From positions 1 to 24,099 of the IMG/VR virus record IMGVR_UViG_3300016265_001850: a DNA stretch of 24,099 nucleotides; one strand, 5' to 3'. How positions within the stretch are numbered: position 1 is the first letter of the stretch; the number at the start of each line of letters is the position of its first letter. The notes below the pieces were generated by a model that saw nothing but the letters and a program-made list of their open reading frames with translations, did no database searches and was not told the DNA's origin. A program made the position numbers and the translations under genes. Source of the DNA: a virus (Duplodnaviria > Caudoviricetes). Positions 1-6,318 of this stretch are shown piece after piece.

Positions 1-11
1 AGGTTGATTAC

Positions 12-866
12 ATGGAAAATAACCCCCTTAAGCAATACTTCAGGCAACCCAGCATCTACATCAGGCTACCGAGCAAGGGGCGGTGGTACGGCGATGGATC
101 CGTCGAGGTCAATGAGGACGGTGAGGTTCCGGTGTATCCAATGGCGGCGATAGACGACATCATGCTCAACACTCCAGATGCCATGCTAAATGGCCATGCC
201 CTCGAAAAGGTCATCACCAATTGCGTACCAAGCGTGAAGGAGCCAAAGAGATTGGTCATACCGGATCTAGAAGCGCTATTCGTTGGCATCAAAGCGGCGA
301 CCAACAACGGAACCGGAGATTATGACAGGAAGTGTCCAAATTGTCAGCATGAAAATAGCTTTGAGCTCAATTGCCAAGCGCTGCTAGATGGCACCACATT
401 TATCGACGAAAATGATCTTATCATTAGATTTGGGTCGGATCTGGCGGTCCATGTAAAACCATACGATTTCGAAATGAGGCAGCTCTTCATACGCAGGGAG
501 TTCGAGGAAGAAAAGACCATACGCGCGATCGATACCGCCAATGAAAACATGGACGAGATCGGCAAGGCCGCCGTCTTGGCAGAAGGGGTTGATCGACTGG
601 CACAGATTACCTTCTCCTTGGTCGCTCGCAGCATCGAGAAGATCGTCATGCTCAGGAAAAACATCACGGTGATAGAACCTCGGCACATCAACGAATGGTT
701 GATGGAGATCATCAAGCCACAGGCTGATATAGTGATCGATGCGGTCAACAAACTCAATAACTTTGGGGTTACCAAAACTCTCGAGGTCAAGTGCGAAAGC
801 TGCGGGCACACATGGAATGATCCGATAAGCTTTGATCCAACGAGTTTTTTCGGCAAGCGCTCCTGA
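12..866 (+). CDS. gp26: T4 gp26-like baseplate hub subunit / tail assembly chaperone
   Basis: N-terminus NPLKQYFRQPSIYIRLPSKG, VYPM..IDDI.L.TPDA.LNG, two CxxC pairs (CPNC, CESC) and the C-terminus F.P.SFFG are typical of gp26-like proteins of large T4-like phages. AGG SD-like sequence upstream. Confidence 0.75.
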   Translation: MENNPLKQYFRQPSIYIRLPSKGRWYGDGSVEVNEDGEVPVYPMAAIDDIMLNTPDAMLNGHALEKVITNCVPSVKEPKRLVIPDLEALFVGIKAATNNGTGDYDRKCPNCQHENSFELNCQALLDGTTFIDENDLIIRFGSDLAVHVKPYDFEMRQLFIRREFEEEKTIRAIDTANENMDEIGKAAVLAEGVDRLAQITFSLVARSIEKIVMLRKNITVIEPRHINEWLMEIIKPQADIVIDAVNKLNNFGVTKTLEVKCESCGHTWNDPISFDPTSFFGKRS

Positions 867-895
867 CGGGAGATCCATCTCTGATATCAGAGATG
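845..895 (+). other. Putative -1 programmed ribosomal frameshift signal (slippery T TTT TTC plus downstream hairpins)
   Basis: Heptamer T TTT TTC at 845-851 is correctly phased in the gp26 frame. The -1 frame is open from 851 into the 893 ORF. Hairpins CTCCT-GAC-GGGAG (860-872) and the perfect 20-bp palindrome CATCTCTGATATCAGAGATG (876-895) follow. Confidence 0.6.
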
Positions 896-1084
896 CTTTC
901 GGGAATGGAGCGCAATCGCCGGGCGATACAGCAGGAAATGGCTACTCTTGCATTCTACATGCAGGGAGGGATCAGCTATAATGACGCATTCTTGCTTTCG
1001 GCTGAACAGCGGATGGTCATGTCCAAAGTCATCGAGAAACACTATGAGGCGATGAGCGGTAAGGCAAACAGTCGATTGATCTAA
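893..1084 (+). CDS. gp51: T4 gp51-like baseplate hub assembly chaperone (probably made as the C-terminus of a frameshift fusion with gp26)
   Basis: Short ORF directly after gp26 with LAFYMQGGISYNDAFLLSAEQR, the pattern seen in gp51-like proteins. It has no well-spaced SD and its ATG is sequestered in a palindrome. Confidence 0.6.
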   Translation: MLSGMERNRRAIQQEMATLAFYMQGGISYNDAFLLSAEQRMVMSKVIEKHYEAMSGKANSRLI

Positions 1085-1091
1085 TGCTCGG

Positions 1092-1550
1092 TGATGGGCT
1101 AACGCCCATCAGCTTTGCGTTTCATTTCGATTCGCAAGCTCATCTCATTCAACGCAAAGCGTTTTTCCTTTTGTCTGATTCTGATAGATTTGAAGCCATT
1201 CTTCTCCCCTTGCGGGGAGAGGAATGTCCGCTTCTGATGAGTCCTCGGCCATTCTGCAACCATCCTTGATTCTGATAATCAGCTGGCGGAGCGCCTAATT
1301 CCAGCTTGCGGATGCTTCCCTCGGGACCATCAGTCCCACGCTCGGTTATGGATTTTCTCCAAGCCACGCGGCCACGATGCAGGCGTCGACCGCGCACCAT
1401 GGGGGTGTTGTCACAGGGATCCCATGGTCCTTTTTTGCGATTCTTCTGGCAGGAGCGTTAGCGGGTCTCCTGTAGTGAGTATGATAACCGGCTCGTTATC
1501 CTTTCACTAGGTGGCAACACCACCATGATTAGGCCAGTATTGTATCAGAA
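1092..1550. ncRNA. Large, highly structured non-coding region (candidate ncRNA of unknown family; strand uncertain)
   Basis: At least 12 stems: 1092-1099/1104-1111; 1112-1121/1151-1160; 1197-1209/1214-1226; 1234-1245/1323-1333; 1261-1265/1310-1314; 1281-1286/1301-1306; 1367-1371/1390-1394; 1396-1403/1421-1428; 1446-1450/1533-1537; 1450-1455/1467-1472; 1473-1478/1504-1509; 1483-1488/1495-1500. A long-range stem 1179-1186/1543-1550 closes the main domain. No convincing ORF. Confidence 0.65.
1112..1173 (+). terminator. Possible intrinsic terminator of the gp26-gp51 transcript
   Basis: 10-bp stem GCTTTGCGTT/AACGCAAAGC followed by GTTTTTCCTTTT. The loop is unusually long (29 nt). Confidence 0.35.
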
Positions 1551-1560
1551 ATTTGGTTCG

Positions 1561-1848
1561 TTATTCGGGGAGATTTTCGTGTGCCTGTATGAATGCGTTC
1601 TTGAGCTTGATATGTGGGTCTTGATTTTTGTCTTTCTGGTTGATTAATAATGAGCCTGTCAAGGTCCACAGGACCTTCCGCCTTTCCGCGGATATTCCAT
1701 TGTATGCATCGTCGATGAGAAGATCAAATTCTCTTCGGTAATCATACCCAATTTTATTGTCATCCAATTTTATCTTGGGACGACAACCCTTGTAGCGCAT
1801 CGGTAGAGATATTTTCTTGGTCCGCATATTTCTAGGAAAGTATCTCAT
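1561..1848 (-). CDS. Hypothetical basic protein
   Basis: 95-aa Lys/Arg-rich ORF filling the gap between the TnpB-like gene and the structured RNA. SD is weak and no family is recognised. Confidence 0.45.
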   Translation of the reverse strand: MRYFPRNMRTKKISLPMRYKGCRPKIKLDDNKIGYDYRREFDLLIDDAYNGISAERRKVLWTLTGSLLINQKDKNQDPHIKLKNAFIQAHENLPE

Positions 1849-1932
1849 CTTTTTATAGACCTATGATGGGTGTTTCAACATAATCATCTTGTGGACATCT
1901 TGAGCCAATGTTCCACAGATTGGGCCGAGTGC

Positions 1933-1961
1933 AACGGGACGGATCATTGATCCGTCCCGTT
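1933..1961. repeat. Perfect 14-bp inverted repeat (hairpin)
   Basis: AACGGGACGGATCA-T-TGATCCGTCCCGTT, abutting the stop codon of the minus-strand ORF. A T-rich tail (TTATTTTCT) follows only on the + strand. Confidence 0.9.
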
Positions 1962-2752
1962 TATTTTCTGCGCCGTTGATCATTGTGATCAACCGCATTT
2001 AGCATGTAGGATCCGACGTCCCTTAAATCCATATGCCATGTCCTGTCCGCGTTACGAGGATGTGGGGCCCGTATGATCATGGTCTTAAATGGTATCTCCG
2101 TTAGATCATAACCATTGCAGATTATCGGATCTCTGGAATATGGAATGCTGATGACGGTTTGATTGCCTTCCTCGTTATAAGACATCTTGACCAAAGATGC
2201 TGGTATTTGCAGGTGCCTTTTGGTATCCAGCGTGTGGGTTTGCAGCATCTGCATTGGTGCCTTCAACCCTTCGGTCCTTAATCCGGCATGCAGCGTTTCC
2301 GATTGGTTTATCATGTATTTCATGATCTCGCTTGCGATGTTTCTCCTCACGATTGGATGTATCCGTGCCGGGGAAGCCGCTACCTTGATCATGCCGGCCT
2401 GCGCCGAGGTGATCCTTGGAGTACCGTCAGTATTGATGATCAGCGACCGATCAGGCCTGAGAAATTCGGGCCATTCGTCGACGGAATGATTGATCATCTT
2501 CTGAGGATCCACGGCATGCTCGGAGCAGATTTCCCAAAGCCTCCGTTCCTTTTCCTTCATTGCCATGAATTCCTGTGGGAATGCTCGCAACCTCGGCGTT
2601 AGCTGATCTATCAACGTGTTGAAATATCCAAGCTCCTGCTTGATGAAATACATGAGGTGATGCTCTGGATCCTTGCCTACCTCTATCTCAAACGTCCTCT
2701 GATTGATCACCCTTTTCTTGGGAGATTGATTGGGTTCATTTTTGTATCTCAT
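1961..2752 (-). CDS. TnpB/Cas12f-like recognition lobe (WED+REC) protein lacking the RuvC nuclease domain
   Basis: Segments are colinear with the N-terminal half of IS200/605 TnpB: RTFEIEV..., QELGYFNTLI (cf. ARFVYNHFL), IHPIVRRNIASEI, KRHLQIP, ISIPYSRDPI (cf. LKLPKLGWV), FKTMIIR, TWHMDL. The ORF ends where RuvC-I would start. Start moved to ATG 2752 (SD TAGGAAAG). The ORF is solid; the family call is a by-eye alignment. Confidence 0.5.
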   Translation of the reverse strand: MRYKNEPNQSPKKRVINQRTFEIEVGKDPEHHLMYFIKQELGYFNTLIDQLTPRLRAFPQEFMAMKEKERRLWEICSEHAVDPQKMINHSVDEWPEFLRPDRSLIINTDGTPRITSAQAGMIKVAASPARIHPIVRRNIASEIMKYMINQSETLHAGLRTEGLKAPMQMLQTHTLDTKRHLQIPASLVKMSYNEEGNQTVISIPYSRDPIICNGYDLTEIPFKTMIIRAPHPRNADRTWHMDLRDVGSYMLNAVDHNDQRRRK

Positions 2753-2776
2753 GTCTTTCCTACCTAACATCATTCT

Positions 2777-2806
2777 AGTTTAAGGGTATGGATAAAAATA
2801 TGTCAA
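2777..2806 (-). promoter_or_regulatory. Sigma70-type promoter for the TnpB-like gene
   Basis: TTGACA (2806-2801), 18-nt spacer, TAAACT (2782-2777). Confidence 0.55.
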
Positions 2807-2920
2807 CACTCCAAAAAACACGTATCTTGTGTGCAAAATACCAGGATATATAGTTCAAGGTCAGGGATGAGAATAGTGATCGATGCCATGTTTGTCGTTC
2901 CTATTCCAGGGAAAAGGTAC

Positions 2921-3406
2921 ATGAACAGCAAGAACAAGGGTAATGGATTTGAACGGAAGATGGCCAATCGATTGTCTTCCAGATTCGAGAGTCGAACTGG
3001 CATCAAGCAAGCGTTTAGGAGGAATCCGGATTCGGGTAGCTTTTTTGGAAGGGGTAACCAAAAGAGATTGCAGACCCATGACACTGAAAAAGCCAATCTC
3101 GGAGATATCATCTGCCCCAAGGATTTTGCCTACACGGTGGAATGCAAGCATTATAAATCAGCTCCTATTTTTAGGAATCTCATGCAGTCCGAATGCAAGC
3201 AGTGGGATGAGTGGTTAAAGCAGGCCGAGCAGGATAGCCAAAACAGCGGTAAGAAGATGATGCTTATCATCAAATACAACAACGTCGACGAGATAGTGAT
3301 TCTCACTGAACCGGTACCAAACACATATAACCTTCCATACAAGCAATACTTTGTTGCTTCATTGAAATCTTGCTTGGATCAAGATGATTCCGTGTTTTTT
3401 GATTAG
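2921..3406 (+). CDS. Hjc/PD-(D/E)xK-type Holliday junction resolvase-like nuclease
   Basis: NSKNKGNGFER, R.P.SG, GDI, VECK and QW..W..QA are phage Hjc-like resolvase motifs. ATG 2921 is preceded by AAAAGG. Confidence 0.8.
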   Translation: MNSKNKGNGFERKMANRLSSRFESRTGIKQAFRRNPDSGSFFGRGNQKRLQTHDTEKANLGDIICPKDFAYTVECKHYKSAPIFRNLMQSECKQWDEWLKQAEQDSQNSGKKMMLIIKYNNVDEIVILTEPVPNTYNLPYKQYFVASLKSCLDQDDSVFFD

Positions 3407-3454
3407 GTGAACTACGGTCGGTCTAAAAGACACAACATATTTTCGCCCGAAGGG

Positions 3455-5230
3455 TTAAACCGATGGAACATAATCCCAGGAGAATCCGGTAAATCCTCCC
3501 TCCTTGATCACGGTCAAGATGTTTGACACCCTGGTTTGCAGCTCTTCCCGATGGCTAATGACGAATATGTTTTTGTTGCGTTCTCTCTCCATTTTCTTGA
3601 GGACTTCGATGCTTCCCTCAAGTCCCGCAGGATCGAGCCCCGAATCCAGAAGTTCATCAACAAAGACAAGATTAATTGCGTGAACGGTATTTTCAAAAAT
3701 ATCACGGAATGCCCAACTAAGTCCCAAGATAAGTCGGGTACGTTCTCCCCTTGAAAGGGAATCAAAATCTAACGAATTACCGTTGAGGCTTATTTCCACC
3801 GAAAGATCGTTGATGAACTTGACCTGATGTGGTAATCCTAACCTGTCTAGGTATTCGTTCAATCTTAGATTAAGATAAGCGAGGTTCTGATCGATGATCC
3901 TCTTGCGGATGAAGCTGTCCTTGTTGGTTAGCAACTTGAGCAGGAACTCTTGATGTTCTCGATCCTTGACCAGCTTGTTGAGGTCGTCATAGGCGACACC
4001 TTGCATGGTATCGGCTAGGCTGGTATTTTGGTCTCTGTAGGGGTTGGCGGTTGACGCTTCTTTTTCCAGCTCCCTGATCAGAGACTCGAGGCTGGATCGA
4101 TGGTTCAATGCCTGCTCGATGTTTTGATATGTGGTTACTGGTTTTCTCATTGTTACCAAGTTTGATTCAATCTCGGCAAGCTGTTTCCGGCTAAGATCGA
4201 CCTCCGCCTGCTCGATACCGACCTGGGAATCCAACTCCACGATCTTAGATTCAAGATCAGACCGTATCCTTTCATGCTTGGAGTCGTGCAATTCCTGACC
4301 ACAGGTAGGGCATTCATGATTGACCGCCCGATCGTAGCTAGCAATAGCAGAGTTTAGCTGGGATGTTATCTGTTGTAAATGCCTTGATTTCATTCCTAGA
4401 TCTCTGGTGATCTGTACCTTTGAGGATGCTAGTTGATTGTAGATTTCCAGATTTCTGTGTGCTTGCAGCTCCTGTTCTATGTCGAGGGTTTCCAAGCTTT
4501 CGATTGCACGTATCAACTCGTCAATGGTTTCTTGTTTCCTTACATCCCAGGCATCGGCCTTCCGGGAGATCTCCTCCATTGTGCTCCTGATCCGATCGTT
4601 GCTTTGCTTGATGGTCCTGATCCTAAACTCTTCCTGGTCGATGGCGATCTTGGTGGCCTTTACCATTTCCTTGAGATTTTCTGCTTTTTGGCTCAGCAGC
4701 ATGATCCCGAGCAGTTCCTCGATGATCTCCCTCTGCTTGCCTCCGCCTAGGCTTAGGAATGGTTCGGTGTAGGTATTAAGGGCCAATATGTGTTTGAACA
4801 GGGTATGGCTCATGCCCAAAAGCTTGTCGATCTCCTTTTGGGTCTCCCGGTTTTCTCCTTGGGCTTCGTCAGTGCTTTCATCAACGTTCTTGTCATCGAC
4901 TATCCATCGGAAGAAATTTGGTTTCCTGCCACGCTCAATGCGATATTGATGTCCATCCTTTTCAAACTCGATGGCCACCATCATGTTCTTCTGGTTGATG
5001 TGGTTGATGAGGTTATTAACGCGGATGTTAGTCAGGCTCTGTCCATAGAGCCCAAACGATATCGCTTGCAATATGGCAGTCTTTCCCACACCATTACGGC
5101 TGCCGTTACCACCCATGTCCAGGTTCTCCCCGAGGACCAGGCTCAGGCCGTTGCGATTGAGCTCAACCGTCTGGGTGACGTTGCCGCAGCTTAGGAAATT
5201 GCGCATGGTCACGGTCTTGATCAAAAGCAC
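3455..5230 (-). CDS. gp46: Recombination endonuclease ATPase subunit (T4 gp46 / SbcC / Rad50)
   Basis: MRNFLS, Walker A NGVGKT, zinc hook CPTC within coiled coil, signature LSRGE, Walker B VFVDE, D-loop SGLD, H-loop ISH. Confidence 0.95.
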   Translation of the reverse strand: MLLIKTVTMRNFLSCGNVTQTVELNRNGLSLVLGENLDMGGNGSRNGVGKTAILQAISFGLYGQSLTNIRVNNLINHINQKNMMVAIEFEKDGHQYRIERGRKPNFFRWIVDDKNVDESTDEAQGENRETQKEIDKLLGMSHTLFKHILALNTYTEPFLSLGGGKQREIIEELLGIMLLSQKAENLKEMVKATKIAIDQEEFRIRTIKQSNDRIRSTMEEISRKADAWDVRKQETIDELIRAIESLETLDIEQELQAHRNLEIYNQLASSKVQITRDLGMKSRHLQQITSQLNSAIASYDRAVNHECPTCGQELHDSKHERIRSDLESKIVELDSQVGIEQAEVDLSRKQLAEIESNLVTMRKPVTTYQNIEQALNHRSSLESLIRELEKEASTANPYRDQNTSLADTMQGVAYDDLNKLVKDREHQEFLLKLLTNKDSFIRKRIIDQNLAYLNLRLNEYLDRLGLPHQVKFINDLSVEISLNGNSLDFDSLSRGERTRLILGLSWAFRDIFENTVHAINLVFVDELLDSGLDPAGLEGSIEVLKKMERERNKNIFVISHREELQTRVSNILTVIKEGGFTGFSWDYVPSV

Positions 5231-5234
5231 TGGG

Positions 5235-6254
5235 TTAGATCTCCTGGTATATCCGTATGAGCTCGGTTTTATCCATCGTGTTGCTTTCGATGCTTTGTAG
5301 ATGGCTGATCACGATGGTATCAACGCTTTCGAAGTTTATGTCGGCCTCGTCCAACATGTCGGGATCGTCGTTCTTGGGGGCGATGACCTGTACCTCCCTG
5401 GCACGCAAATCGTGTTCCAGAAGCTCCTTGATGAAGTTAACATCCTCGTATGATGCTGACAGATCCATAGTGATCTTGGCAAAGGTCCTGTCGTCAACGT
5501 GCTTGCTTGGGTCCTCAACCACCTGGCTCATCAACAGGGTGCGATATTTCGGCGCTCCCGGCCATGATATGAATTCTGGAACCTCCCCGGGTTTCCATAC
5601 CATCATCCCCCTGTCATCATCCCACGCGTCGGCGAAGTTATGGGGGAAGGTATTGCCGATGTACCAAATGTTGCCCTTGTTCTGCCTCTTGTGGAAATGT
5701 CCAGAAAACACCTGCTTTTGGTTGACGAAATGCGTGGCATTTAGCAGACCGTGGTCGGGCATCTCCACCATGGCGTTCATCTTGAACCTGGGTAGCTCGA
5801 AATGCCCAAACATGTAGGGTGCCTTGAGGTTCGGGACACGTTTCCACTCATCGGCAACCAACCATGGGACGAATGCTACTCCATCAATCTCGGTCATCGA
5901 GTCTATTACCCGTATCTTCGGAAACCGCGTGATGTACGGTAGGGAGTGTATCTCGTACTTGTCGCGGTAGAAAAGATCGTGGTTTCCGATGATGAAGAAG
6001 GTGTTATCGAAATAATCGTTGAGCAGCTTCAGCCCGCTGACGGAGTAGTTAAGCGTGGAGATGTTGATGGCTGATCGAACATGATGATAATCACCGCCGA
6101 AGATGCAGGTCCTTATCCCTTGCTCTTCGGAACGATCTATCATCCACTTGATGAACCTCTCGCAGGAATCATTGTGTTCCCGGCTGTTGTTTCTCATCCC
6201 GTAGTGTAGGTCCGTAAAAACGCATACCTTGGAGAAGTCTGGGTCTCGAGCCAT
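5235..6254 (-). CDS. gp47: Recombination endonuclease nuclease subunit (T4 gp47 / SbcD / Mre11)
   Basis: Metallophosphoesterase motifs DLH, GGD, GNHD, GH, SGHFH; adjacent to gp46. Confidence 0.95.
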   Translation of the reverse strand: MARDPDFSKVCVFTDLHYGMRNNSREHNDSCERFIKWMIDRSEEQGIRTCIFGGDYHHVRSAINISTLNYSVSGLKLLNDYFDNTFFIIGNHDLFYRDKYEIHSLPYITRFPKIRVIDSMTEIDGVAFVPWLVADEWKRVPNLKAPYMFGHFELPRFKMNAMVEMPDHGLLNATHFVNQKQVFSGHFHKRQNKGNIWYIGNTFPHNFADAWDDDRGMMVWKPGEVPEFISWPGAPKYRTLLMSQVVEDPSKHVDDRTFAKITMDLSASYEDVNFIKELLEHDLRAREVQVIAPKNDDPDMLDEADINFESVDTIVISHLQSIESNTMDKTELIRIYQEI

Positions 6255-6318
6255 GATGATTCCTTGAAAGACTTCCTAGTGTAGCTGTCTCCCGCGTCGG
6301 CAACAATAAAACGCTGGC

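Noticed and set aside
1234-1260. Hammerhead ribozyme (CTGATGA core)
   Set aside because: No stem II followed by GAAA; the segment instead pairs with 1323-1333.
1084-1400. ORFs 1084-1269 (+) and 1149-1400 (-)
   Set aside because: No recognisable motifs or SD; they lie wholly within the base-paired region and are likely incidental.
1510-1525. tRNA/tmRNA 3' end (CACCACCA)
   Set aside because: No T-arm GTTC motif and no matching acceptor strand.
1214-1560. RNase P RNA (GAGGAATGTCC after a hairpin resembles CR-I GAGGAAAGUCC)
   Set aside because: No CR-V (ACAGAA.CCGGCUUA) able to form P4, and CR-II to CR-IV are not identifiable at the right spacing.
1561-1848. GIY-YIG endonuclease remnant (DDAYNGI resembles the C-terminus of some phage GIY-YIG proteins)
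   Set aside because: No GIY/YIG motifs; the similarity is too short.
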